Assembly: GCF_018977255.1 (NCBI RefSeq) | Contig: NW_024704743.1 | Location: 55,492,001-55,556,000 of the forward strand | Source of the DNA: Callorhinchus milii | Taxonomy: Eukaryota | Direction of reading: 5' to 3' | Length of the DNA stretch: 64,000 nt | Shown here: positions 37,926 through 49,589 of the stretch, piece after piece | Layout: the number at the start of each line of letters is the position of its first letter | Position numbering within the stretch: the stretch's first letter is position 1 | Translations under genes and position numbers: made by a program | Notes under the pieces: model-generated | What the model was told of the DNA's origin: nothing | The model's input: only the letters and a program-made list of their open reading frames with translations | Databases searched by the model: none

Positions 37926-38348
37926 CATTGTGGTCCAACAGGTAGTGAACGTCCCTTCCTCCCTAGTGAACGTCCTCTTAGGGCAACGACATGAGCTGGT
38001 GGTTGGGAGGACGCACTGCAAAGAGCCTTTACTCTCCCTCTCTTCCCCCTCTCTCTGCCCCCTTCTCTATCGCCCCCCTCGGCTTCCCCAACTCTCTCTC
38101 CCAGGCCCTGGTCACTATCTGCAGCGGTAGGAGCCGAGCTTTGGTTGCTAAGGATGTGGTTGGTAAGAGACCCGCTTGCATTCCTGACAGACTGCAGCAA
38201 AGGCTCTGTGCGCTGTGTCCCCCCAACCGCCAGCTCCTGCCACTGCCCTGGGAGGACGTTCACCAGGGAGGGAGGGAGCGGAATTTGGAATGATCTCGGG
38301 CACGATGCGGCCCGCGGACCTTTCTCAAATAGGGAATTCGGCCCAATG
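37926..38348. mobile_element. Foldback / MITE-like element with 78-bp inverted arms
   Basis: 37953-38030 versus reverse complement of 38199-38276: 64/78 identical, ungapped. Confidence 0.7.
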
Positions 38349-39107
38349 CAGCCAAAAAGTTGCACCACACTGACTTAGGGGGATCATTATTTCTGATTCC
38401 AAGTGTGGTGTTCAACTGACTGTACTATCTGGGATGGTAGCTAATCATGTAGTCAAAGGCGTGGTTCCTAGGAGGGTTAAGTTCCATCCAAGACATTTCT
38501 TTTTCTTAGCATTTTAGAATGTGCAAAGTTTGGTCAAATCTTAAATTCAGCCTTAAATTTTGAAGCTGTAGATTCTTTTATGAATGACAGAAAACTCTTC
38601 AAAATTAAAATTCGAGTTTAAAAATTGTCTAAGGTTTTGCACGCTCTAAAATACTAAGAAAAACAAAGTACTGACCTGCAGGTTATGCACAAAATGCAAA
38701 TTTTTGATAACTGGTGCCAATTTAGCACCTCAATCACAGAATCATCTGAGTCAAATCTACATACAATCTACATCAAATGGACTAGAGGAGAACCATCACC
38801 ATCTAAATTGAGTCAAAAGCTTCGGGGATATACTAGGATTTCAATATTATTCTCAGTGGTGAAGTCTTAAGAAATTAAGTTGAACATCACAGATTGTGAC
38901 CTTCCACTGCCAGTTAATGGGAAGCTGTTTTTTAGTCAACAAATATATCAAAAAGCTGGAAATCCAACAGAATGGACCTGACCTACTGATCTTCACCATT
39001 GGGAATGGTTTCAGGCATCCACCTCCAGTCTGTAAATCTCACACGGACTGCAAGTTTGACCCTATTTGGCCCCAAAATTACCTTCAACAACTATATATAA
39101 AATGAGA

Positions 39108-39500
39108 TGTCAGCCAGGTTCAGTTGGTAGCACTCTTGCCTCTCGAGTCAGAAGGTTATAGATTCAAGCTCCACGACAGAACTCTGAGATGCTCGGATTA
39201 GCTGACACGCCAATGCACTTCTGGGGCTGTGCTGCATTGTTGGAAGTGTCGTCCATCAGTTCAGATGTTAAACCGAGGTCCAGTCTGCCAGTTCAGGTGG
39301 ATGATAAAGATCCCATGGCATTAGTCAAAAAGGTGTCCTGGACACCAATCCAGCTCCCAGATAAAATTAGTTGCTCACTTTGTGGCTGCTTGTGTGCAAA
39401 TTGGTGGCTGTGTTCATCTACAAGTACAGTCACTACCCTTTAGAGTAAAATCCTGTGAAGCACTTTGAGACATCTCGACGATTTGTTAAAATGCTATCAG
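39108..39500 (+). mobile_element. Deu-domain SINE
   Basis: Head, gttaaaccgaggtcc...taaagatcccatggca, tail. Confidence 0.82.
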
Positions 39501-39507
39501 CATATCA

Positions 39508-39810
39508 TTGGGCAAGTTTCCTTACTCCGCACACTTCTGTTTACCAAGCAGTAAGTAGGAATCCAGTTGTTAGTCGATTGGCGGATCGCTTTTCCGGGGG
39601 TAATAATTCCTTAAAAAAGTTAATTAACGAGCAAAAAAAAGGTGGTCACTCAATCCACAACTGTTTGTGGGACGCTGCTGCATGCAATTGGCTGCCGGTT
39701 TTGCCCACAAAATATACAGTCAATTCACTTCACAGTGTATTCGATGAAGCGCTTTGAGACGTCTTGATGACATAATAAGGCACTTTATCAAATGCAAGTT
39801 GTTATTGTTG
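39508..39810 (+). mobile_element. 5'-truncated CORE-like SINE, long variant
   Basis: ttgggcaagtttccttactcc...gtttaccaagcagtaag plus shared tail. Confidence 0.85.
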
Positions 39811-39899
39811 GTGGTTGTACTGTACTAAAATACATTTGCTATGGATGTCACATAGACTATATTAAGCTTTATTCCTTTTTGCTGTTTTGTTTTTTGCAG

Positions 39900-40035
39900 C
39901 TTACTAAAAGGGCGTGATACTGATGGCTTCCCATATTACCAAGAAAAATTCCTAAGGGAATGTATCCGGAAGTTCCCATGGTGTGAAGCCACACTTCTGC
40001 AGCAGCTTGTGAGGAGTATAGCTCCAGTTGAGATT
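39900..40035 (+). CDS. ANKMY2: ANKMY2 exon 7 (LLKGRDTDGFPYYQEKFLRECIRKFPWCEATLLQQLVRSIAPVEI)
   Basis: Translated by hand; tttttgcag acceptor; ATT|gtaagc donor; 136 nt. Confidence 0.96.
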
Positions 40036-40652
40036 GTAAGCAATCCTATATAATACCTTACAGGTTTTAATTCATTGTTTCGATTATATAGCTGTCTGAT
40101 TCTTTTCTCATATCACTGAGCCGCTAATTTGGACTGGCTTTATTGTGAATGCAGAGAGATTGGGTCATCTGCAAAATAGAAATTGACTACACTGCTAGCC
40201 ACATCAGGAGTTATTCTGTTACTATAATACCTCTCTTCTCCGACTCTCACTTCATAACCCAAAGCTGCACCTGTAATAAATTGCAGAGTAAATACCGTTA
40301 CTTAAGTTCACAGCTGTGCTGCTTAGGAAAAATCATGAACTTGCTTCCCACATGCTCTTACAAGGCCAAAACCCTTTGCCAACATCACAGGTCCACCTCA
40401 CTCCCTCTTTGGAGCACTGATTTGGACAAATGGACATGTGGCTAGCTGGTTATGTGAATGTGTGGCACTTTCTGTACTTCCAGCTCATAACAGTCTAAAG
40501 TTGGACCTCTCGCCATTTATAATTGCGCTCCCCAGCCTGGTTCACAAAGAAGTTAGACACTAATATGTTTTGGCAAATTATCTGCATAAGATTAATCACT
40601 TTTATTTCTCTTTCTGCCTCCCCTCCCCCCCATTCCCAAACCAAACAAACAG

Positions 40653-40781
40653 GGCAGTGATCCGACAGCATTATCTGTACTAACACAGACAATTACTGGC
40701 CAGGTCGGCTTTGTGGATGCTGAGTTCTGTACAGCATGTGGCGAGAAGGGAGCAGATAAAAGATGCTCAGTCTGCAAAATG
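40653..40781 (+). CDS. ANKMY2: ANKMY2 exon 8, first half of MYND finger (GSDPTALSVL...CTACGEKGADKRCSVCKM)
   Basis: aaacag acceptor; ATG|gtaagt donor; two CxxC pairs; 129 nt. Confidence 0.96.
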
Positions 40782-40934
40782 GTAAGTATGTTTGTGTCAG
40801 ATAGATAGCTGGCAATTATTTAGCTTAATAAAGAACCTAAAAAGCCAAATTTGAAGTTTATTATTCCTGTGGCGATAATTTGTGGAATCCCGTAGTGTAG
40901 TGCTTAGTGCTAACTTTACACCATATAAAATACA

Positions 40935-41112
40935 AATTTGGTCACTCAATCTTCAACTGTTTGTGGGACAAAGTTGTGTGCAATTGGCTGCCGCATTTCT
41001 CCCACAAAATACACAGTCAATTCACTTTACATATATTCTGTGAAGCGCTTTGAGACGTCTCAAGAAATGTGATAAAGGCGCTATATCAAATGCAAGTATT
41101 TTTATTATTACA
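40935..41112 (+). mobile_element. SINE 3' half in ANKMY2 intron 8
   Basis: Shared body and tail. Confidence 0.88.
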
Positions 41113-41234
41113 ATTATTGGTAATTGAAAAGTTGCCTTTATCTCTTTTGAATATTGAAATTCATGAGTGTGGTTTTATAAACTCTTTGCCTGCACCATTG
41201 TCTTATAGTAGTTCTTTGCTGTTTGTTGTTTCAG

Positions 41235-41370
41235 GTAACTTACTGCAACCAGAATTGCCAGAAGATGCACTGGTTCACTCACAAAAAAGTGTGTAAGAAA
41301 CTGAAAGAGTCGAGAGAGAAGCAAGAAGCCATAGACAGCCAGAGGCAAGAAAACGCAAAGCAGAACAAGG
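41235..41370 (+). CDS. ANKMY2: ANKMY2 exon 9, second half of MYND finger (VTYCNQNCQKMHWFTHKKVCKK...)
   Basis: tttcag acceptor; MYND YCxxxCQxxHWxxHKxxC motif; donor AGG|gttggt is weaker but phase-matched to exon 10. Confidence 0.92.
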
Positions 41371-42304
41371 GTTGGTCCATTTAAATAAGATCAAGTTTCA
41401 TTGATATCCCATTGAAAATTCATTGTTTTATTTTCCTATAGACCTTTTTTGTGTCAATCTTTCTTCTCTCTTTTCTCTCTCCCCCCCTCCCCACCCACCC
41501 CCCAGCCTTTCTGTCCTTCAGATGCTGTGAAGGCATCTGCTAGGAAATGTACACCCACAATAACCTTTATGACCACCCATTTCTCTCTATGGGGAAAACA
41601 CCTTGCCTCTACTTTGTACTCTCTCCGCAGCAGTATGGATGGATTAAGCTGAGGGCAAGCTCTAACATTACTTTTTGAAGATGTGAACACTTGTCAAACA
41701 TTGATGATTGGCAGATACAAGCTTTGGAGGGGGTGAGGGGAAGGAAGGGAGGGAAGGAGAAGGAATAAAAATCCCTAAGGGGTAGTGTTCCTACCTGACA
41801 AGCAGCAGGAAGCATGCCAGATAATGATCACGCTGGCAAACTATAGATTGAGCTGGTTAAACTCCAGCAGTTCTGTCATGCATACTATGTGGTCTTCTTA
41901 CCAACCTGCATCTACTTTTTGACATTAGGTAAGCAGGGTGCATCCATCCAGGGAGAAAGTACATTCCATTGCAGACATAGAAATGTTCATGCGTTGGTGG
42001 CATATGGATGTGGGTCGCTATCTGGTTTGGTTACTCTTCGGCCTGGTAATGGGTTTCTGCTTGTGTCAGGCCCCTGGCTGCACAAACAATTTGTGCATGT
42101 GTCTCTGTCTCTCTCTCTTTCTCTCGTCTGACTTTCTCCCTGCCTTAACCCTCGATTGGTTTGTTGAATAAACATTTACGTTCACTGCCGACTCACAGTC
42201 ATACTGTGCAAGTAAGTGATTGACCTAGTAACCCCGCTCACACGCACAACGTCTTTTTGTTGGTATTTCCCAGTCCCACATTTGTTTCCATATATAAGTA
42301 GGCA

Positions 42305-42730
42305 TAATAATAATAATAATCCTTGCATTTGATATAGCGCTTTTCACGTCGGGAGGACATCCCAAAGCGCTTCACAGAACACACTGTAAAGTGAATTGAC
42401 TGTATATTTGTGGGCGAACGTGGCAGCCAATTGCGCACAGCAATGTCCCACATTATTAGGCGTGTGGAGTAAGGAAACTTGCCCAAGGTTTCGCCCTGCC
42501 TGGAATTGAACGCAGGCATGCGGATACACTGAGATATACTGTGGTTAATTGTGACTGGTAATAATAATCCTTGGATTTGATATAGCGCCTTATCGCGTCT
42601 TCGAGACATCCCAAACCACTTCATAGGATATGCTGTAAAGTGAATTGACTGTATATTTTGTGGGTGAAAAGTGGCAGCCAATTGCGCACAGCAGTCTCCC
42701 ACAAATAGTCATGCATTAAGTGACCAAATT
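42305..42730 (-). mobile_element. Two tandem minus-strand SINE copies (42305-42515 and 42559-42730)
   Basis: Shared body and tail; the first is near-identical to the young copies but has an internal deletion. Confidence 0.88.
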
Positions 42731-43529
42731 ATTTTTATATATTACACTATATACAACAATGTCGGGCAATCAGCAGCATCTGAACAAAGAGCCTTTTCCA
42801 GCACTGGAAGGGTTTCAAGCTTCAGAGCTCTTATCACCTCTGTCAATAAACAGAAGGCCGTTCAGCCTGTTCTACAACAATAACAATAACTGGCATTTAT
42901 ATAGTGCCCTTCACGCAGGGCAGTGTTTCGGAGTGCTGCTCTGTCAATGAAAGAGGAAGTGCGGGGGCATCTGATTGAGGTGTTTAAAACAATGAAGGGA
43001 ATCATCAACAAGAACAGCAAATTGCAATTATATCATTTGCGTTTCACATTGGAAGGTCATCCCAAGGCCCTGGAATTGACATTGTAGACAGGAGCTGGCT
43101 TTTCTCTCTGGAGACATGATGTTAAATTAGAAGTGAGATCAGGAAATAATACTTTACACATAGAAGGGTGAACGCTAGGGAAGCAGAGTCACATGACATT
43201 TGATTACACTGTACTCTTTAACAGCGTACCAAATGTCCGGCTTCTTTATATAGTTGTGTCATTATATTGTCTGGGTGTAGAATAAAATGATCAAGGTGTA
43301 ACATACAAGCAAGGAAATGAGCAAGTGCCACTCTTCCTTACTGCAAGCAAGTTCAACCCCTGTTTTGAACATCCAGAGGTATTCTGATCATCTGAATATT
43401 TTCTCCAGACACCGTGAGATTTCTCTGTGACTATAAACCGCATCAAATGCACTGTAAATCAGGGGCCATAACTCAAAATAATTTAGTTTACTCAAATATC
43501 AAAATGTAATTTGTGGTCTTTTACTCCAG

Positions 43530-43845
43530 GTGTTAGTGTGATTCAGTTGGTAGCATTTTCACCTCTGATTCAGAAGGCTGCGGGGGCAAGACCCACATTG
43601 AGACTTTGAGCTCACAATCCAAGCTGACACTCCAAAAGTGTTTCTCCCGGTGTCCTCACCAATAATCTCCCAAGCATAATTGGTCAATCGCCTCGTGGCT
43701 GTTTGTGGGACATTGCTCTGTGCAAAATTGGCTGCTGGGTTTGCCTACAAAACAGTCGTTACACTTTACAGTAAATCCTATAAAGCGCTTTGAGACGTCC
43801 TCCTGAGTGAAAGTATGCTATTTCAAATACAAGGGTTCTTGTTAT
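43530..43845 (+). mobile_element. Deu-type SINE with internal deletion
   Basis: Head and tail match 28615 and 39108 copies. Confidence 0.75.
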
Positions 43846-44271
43846 ATTTTGAATTGATCAATAAATCACATTTTTTTTCATAGATTCATAGAATGTTACG
43901 GCACAGAAGGAGGCCATTCGGCCCATCGAGTCTGTGCCGGCTCTTTGACAGAGCAAGCAGCATTGACAACATTTGCAGCATTGACAATTTCCATGAACAT
44001 TTTCCTATTTCAGAACAATTTTTGTTCTGACTGCTGTTGAGGAGGAAGTAATCAAAGTGACACTGCTGCTCCTAATTATAGTGGGGCAGCATGAAATTTT
44101 GAACTTGATTAGAGGTTGCTGCTGAATTTCGTTTACGCAACCACTTTAAAATTGCACCTTCAGTATAGTTAATCTGGTTGGTTTGGATTCAACTTTGGAG
44201 AGTTTGTGAAGTGCAGCTGGTGCTTGTAAATGCATTTTTTAAAAAACAAATACTCTGCTTACTTTAAACAG

Positions 44272-44486
44272 AAGAAAATACGCCCGTTTCCCAAAGTGAG
44301 TTGGGTGAGCCTGGGATTGTGCAAGAAACTAGCAAATATTCTGTTTCCCTACCGCCAAGCTCTGAAGCCAACCTGGGAGCTGATGGTGTCGGGACAAAGG
44401 AAACAGCAGAAACTAAAGTAACTTCCACAACTCCACGTGACGGGGACTCCAGTCCATCTGTAAACAAATGTTCAGCTGAGGAATAA
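44272..44486 (+). CDS. ANKMY2: ANKMY2 exon 10, acidic low-complexity tail ending ...KCSAEE*
   Basis: aaacag acceptor, phase 1; open to TAA at 44484-44486; joined CDS is 1362 nt = 453 aa plus stop. Confidence 0.82.
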
Positions 44487-45340
44487 AGATGATCTAATGC
44501 GGCCCTGGCTTTGCTCCAGCTACTCCCTGTATGTGAAACATTTAATCCAACCTACATTCATCAACAAGGTCAACTCTCCCACTGAACAACGGTGGCAGAG
44601 GATCATATTGTATTTATTGTGCACTAAAGGAATTAGTTGCTCTGATCTTGCATGGTTCAACCCCGTCACAGTCTGTACCAAAGCAACCTGCTGTCCTTGA
44701 GCAAGGAGCAGTGCCAGCCAAGCAGGACTAGCATGCGTGTATGTGTGTATGTGAGTGATCAGTGGGATTTACTTTCAACCATACTTAATTCATTTAACTG
44801 CATCTGGAGCAGATGGAACATTAACTGCTTAGGGCGCAATGCTGTAAATGGCTGTGCTGAAACTCAGTTCAGAGCAACTAATATCCTTCTTAATTTTCTT
44901 TTGTGATGCACATTATTGAAACAAAAAAAGGGATATTGCCTGCTGGAAATACCAGGAAGTTAAAGCAAATGGAAATCTAGAATGTTAAGTAAATTAGCTG
45001 GAGAATGAAGGTTTGTTTCCCTGTCTGATGGTAAAAGGCTGCTCAGTTGCCCAATCCCAGGGAAGATTTAAACAGTGTGAGCAATTTGGCTCTATTCTGT
45101 ATCATGAAAGTTGATGGCATTTTGGCTACATAGCTTATTTTTTCACTATTTTCTCAAAAAAAAGTACTTGTTTTTCCCTACTCATGGTTTTATCAGTGGA
45201 TGTATTGCAAATCAGCAAAATAGATTAAAGGAATTGCCAACAAATACTGCTTATATCCAGTGCTGAATGTATGTTATTGATCAATATGGAACATTTTTTT
45301 TAGTGTGAATGTTCTTTCTCCTCCCCCTTCCCTCACCTTG

Positions 45341-45346
45341 AATAAA
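45341..45346 (+). terminator. Candidate ANKMY2 polyadenylation signal AATAAA
   Basis: Lies about 850 nt after the stop, at the end of a repeat-free tract, followed by T/GT-rich sequence. Confidence 0.5.
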
Positions 45347-45744
45347 ACGATATACTGCTTGACTGGTATTTTGCTTATAATTGTATTAGTACAGCAAGCT
45401 TAAGTCTTTCAGAATTTTCTCCACTGCTCCAGCTGCTAGGATTATGTTTTATCTATAAACAATACACAGCCAGTACTGTATTCCAGGAACTCGATTGTGA
45501 ATTAATATGGCAGTAAAACACTTTCATCTGCAAACATTATATAATATTTCTGACAATTCAACATCAAAACATTATAATGTGTATTACTGATGTCCAAAGT
45601 ACATCTAGCACTGTAGGACATCACTGACATCCACCATATAATAATCCTTGCATTATATATAGTGCCTTTCATGTCAGGAGGGTACACAGGATTTATTGTA
45701 AAGTGTACTGACTGTACATTTTAATCATAATTAGAAGAATAATG

Positions 45745-45985
45745 TTTGCATTCAGTAGATATACAGTAAAGTGGATTGACTGTATTTTGTGGGTGAATGC
45801 GGCAGCCAGTTAATGCACAGCAATGTCCCACAAACAGCCTTGGCGTGAGTGACCAGTTTTATTTGGGGGATTGTTGGCCAAGACATCGGGAGAAACTCCC
45901 TTCTCTTTTCAAATTTTGCCATGAGATTTTTAACATCCACCTGAACGGCCTATCAGGACCTCGGTTTAACGTTTCATCCGAAGGA
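45745..45985 (-). mobile_element. Deu-domain SINE fragment
   Basis: ggacctcggtttaacgtttcatccgaagga. Confidence 0.8.
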
Positions 45986-46589
45986 AGAATATAAGTTCTG
46001 CCCCAGGAGAACTTGTTAATCAAACTGAATGGGTAGAGGGTGGACTACCTCTACATCATCCCATTCCCCTGCTCTTTCCCCACATCTTTGAATATTTTTC
46101 TTTGGCTATTTCACCAGTTCCATTGTAAATGCTTTTATTGACTGTTTCAACAACAATTTGGTAAAGCACTTTACTTTCTAACCTGCCACTTTCCTCTTTT
46201 AGTGATGAGGCTTAATTTATGCCGTCTTGCTGATGACCAGTCAGCGCACATAGTTTTTCTCCATTTAACCTGTCAATAGTCACAATTTTGAAAACATTCT
46301 GACATCTCCCCCCACAACACACGTGCACACAGACAGTGAACCTCTGCTCCGGGGTAGTAAGTTGGAGAAGGCAGAAAATTTAGATCTGGTTTGAAATTTT
46401 ACTTTAAATATTTTAACAAATTAGATTTAATCTTAATTTTCTTAACTGGGATTTGTTGTAATATTCCATGGACCATTGTCTCGGAGGTAATTTTAGGTTT
46501 TGTAATGTCTCTGCTGTCTCTCTCTTCCCGCCCTCTGCGCTTCATTGTTGTCGGTTCCTGATTTCACTCCTACCTATTTCACTTAGTCT

Positions 46590-47290
46590 CTTCCATTGGT
46601 TTCTCCTCCTGCTTCTGCAGTCACATCTGGCGTTCCTCGATCCTCTCCTGTTCACTGTCTATATGCTCCCACTTGGTGACATTATCCACAGGCATGGGGT
46701 CCACTTCAACATGTATGCATGTGATGTCCAACTCTTATCTCTTTATTTCTGCCCTTGACTCCAGGACCACTGCTTTTCTCACAGACTGCCTATAGAAAAT
46801 CCTGGATGAGCTCTAACCTTCAGTTGAATGTCAAAACCGAGGCTCTCTTACTTGCCTCCTTTCTCTTCCCCCACTCCCCGCAGGCTGCCTTAATCATGTC
46901 CAGGTTTAATTTTTCCAATGCCCTGTTCACTGGACACCCAGCTTCTCCCTACATGTGCTTCAGACATCCAGAATCCTGTAGCCCATATCCTCTCCCATAC
47001 TAGATTCTGCAAGCCTCTCACCCCCATCCTCAACTGGCTCTCCACCTCCCAGTGGCCTAAATTCAACATTCTCGCCCTCGCATTCAAATCTTTCCACCCC
47101 ACCTTTCTCAATTTCTCCAGCTGAGTTAGCTGTATAAAGCGCTTTAAGATGTCCTCACAAAACAGCTGAACACATGGGATTTAAAACAAAATGGATATCT
47201 AATAAGCTACAATATTTCTATTTTTTACCTACTCATGACTTCCACCATAACCTCTCAGTTTAAGCAAATTTAAGTGCAAGTTGTTATCTG
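46590..47290 (+). mobile_element. Degenerate L2 fragment
   Basis: [26 protein letters not shown] peptide; broken tail. Confidence 0.8.
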
Positions 47291-49347
47291 CCTCGTCCCC
47301 ACCAGTTTATTGTGCGGGGAAAATTTTACCTTCAGCAGGATTGCTATATACAGTGCACAATGAGTGATCTCATTTGAGTGAAATGCTTTTGGTAGGTCAT
47401 ATTTTAGAAAAGTAGTGTTGTAATGAAGTCTGAATCATTTCCAAGATACAAGTCACAAATCTCTAATGTATTATCATCTTAGCAATTGCATGATATCTAA
47501 AGCTAACTCCTTGTAAAACAACTGAATACATAGGATTTAAAAAACACATGGAAATTTTATATAATATACTATAATATTTCTATTTTTTGCCTTCTCATGA
47601 CTTCCACAATGACCTCTCAGTTTAAGCGGATTTAAATGTACTTCAGTTAGTGGACATATAAATGTTGTGCAAGATTGCCTGTAACAAAAATACACTTATA
47701 CAAAAAACGACACCTTTGTTATTCTGGTCCAAAAACCCATCATTGATTGAAATAGTTATTCTTTGAATCTATTTCCACATTTAAAACTTGCACTTCATTA
47801 TCTACTAGAAGGTTTTTCTCTGAGAGAACACCAATTGGTCTGTTGACTCCTGTATTTACAGAGTATTACAACATGTAGCAAATGAATAGTTGATTGCACA
47901 ACAGCTGCATGTTTTCAGGTGTGTGTTAAAGATCCCATGTTTTCTGGGGTAATGGTCAACAATTTTCCAGATCAATTGGTCATTTACCTTAGGGTTGTTT
48001 ATGGGGTCTTGACAATGCAAATTGTCTTTCTTAGTTCTTGAATTACAATTTTTAAAACTGTTTTTGTAACATTTTATGTTTTCCCTATTCTTAAATAAAT
48101 CATTTGCTTGATTAACTGCAGGTGAATCAAATCAAACCTTCAGCAAGTGTTTCTCATATAACCCTCAATAATACTTTGTGTTTTAACCAGTTCCAGTAAA
48201 TGCTGTTGATTTTGTAATATTATCTGACTGCATGCAGTTTTACATCAATGGATAAATCAGCGGCCTTGGATAAAACGCAGCAATGACTGAGACCAGTGCT
48301 AAAATAAAAAAAATGTTATATGCTGGAATGACTTCATAGTACTACTGGATGACCATGATTTGTGTGGAAATTTTCAGTTACTAATGGCTAACTGCAGCAC
48401 CGATTATAACAGGTATGTGTGTAAAAAATGCACATTTTGTGTTCTACAAAATCCACAGTCCCTATGGTTTACAGTTAAACCTGTGAAGCGCTTTGAGATG
48501 TCTTCGTGATGTTTAAGGTGTTGTATTAAATACAAGGATTATTATAATTACCATCATTTAGGGGGTAGTTTATACATAATGTGAAAGGTTATATTGGTGA
48601 AAGTTTTGTAAAATTGTAGCGGTTAATTTGTGGTCTTTTAAATGCCCATTGTGTGGCCTCTATGTGAATTCTTGTATTTCAATTAAGTGTGCATCATTTT
48701 TGAGCAATGTGTACAATTATGGGCACCTTTCATGTTTCACATGCAGCAATAATACAAAGTTACAAAATGTTAACCTATCAATGTAATTCCTGAATAAAAC
48801 CAATCCATACTTGTAAGCATGGTATTTTGTTGTAAGTTGTGCAGAAATAATAACTGAGTGTGTTTTTACTTGTGCTGACCCCCACCCCAGCTACACACAC
48901 AACACACACACTGACACACATGAAGCTGGGAATTGAACTTCAGACTTTAACCTCCCACTGCCAGTCAGGGGTTTGCCAGCTCTTTGCTGTTTTTACCATT
49001 GAGAATGATATGGGAGGAACTAAAACTGGAGATTGTTAAGTACAGCAAAGAGTTTACTTCTACGCACATTAGAATCCTGTCTGGTTTTAAAAAAATCAAA
49101 AGCATTGAAAAAGATAATTGGATGTAAAGCAGAAAAGTAGTAATACAGCAGAACGAATCTCTCAGACTGCAATAATAAATTTCCTTGCATCCGATGCAGC
49201 TCATTTCATGTCAAAGGGCCTTCTTAAAATGCCTCAGAGGATTTACTGCAAAATATAGTGACTCTATTTTGTAGTTAAATGGTAGTATATTTTGTAAGCA
49301 AATGGCAATGCAGAACAAGAACAGTTTTGAGGTTCAAACCTTTGGCG

Positions 49348-49353
49348 TTTATT
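49348..49353 (-). terminator. Candidate LRRC72 polyadenylation signal
   Basis: tttatt on + (AATAAA on -), about 80 nt past the stop. Confidence 0.45.
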
Positions 49354-49432
49354 GCGGATTGAAAAGTCACTCATTTTAAACAAGGGAATTCCATTTTTGA
49401 CCATGTGGTATCAAACACATTTTCCTCTAACC

Positions 49433-49589
49433 CTATCTGAACTGAACAGTAATTTTTTGAGGTGAAAGTGTAGGTATGCGTTCTACACGTTTCTGCTTTG
49501 CAGTGGGCATTTTTTTCCAGTCAATGCAGGAAAACTGCATGATTGATCTCTTCATTATTTCTGAGGAAAGCTCTTTGTCCGGAGGAAAT
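49433..49589 (-). CDS. LRRC72: LRRC72 last exon (FPPDKELSSEIMKRSIMQFSCIDWKKMPT...KITVQFR*)
   Basis: gtttcag acceptor; resembles the LRRC72 C-terminus as recalled (MKRSxM...W...PT...TVxxR); TAG at 49435-49433. Confidence 0.88.
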
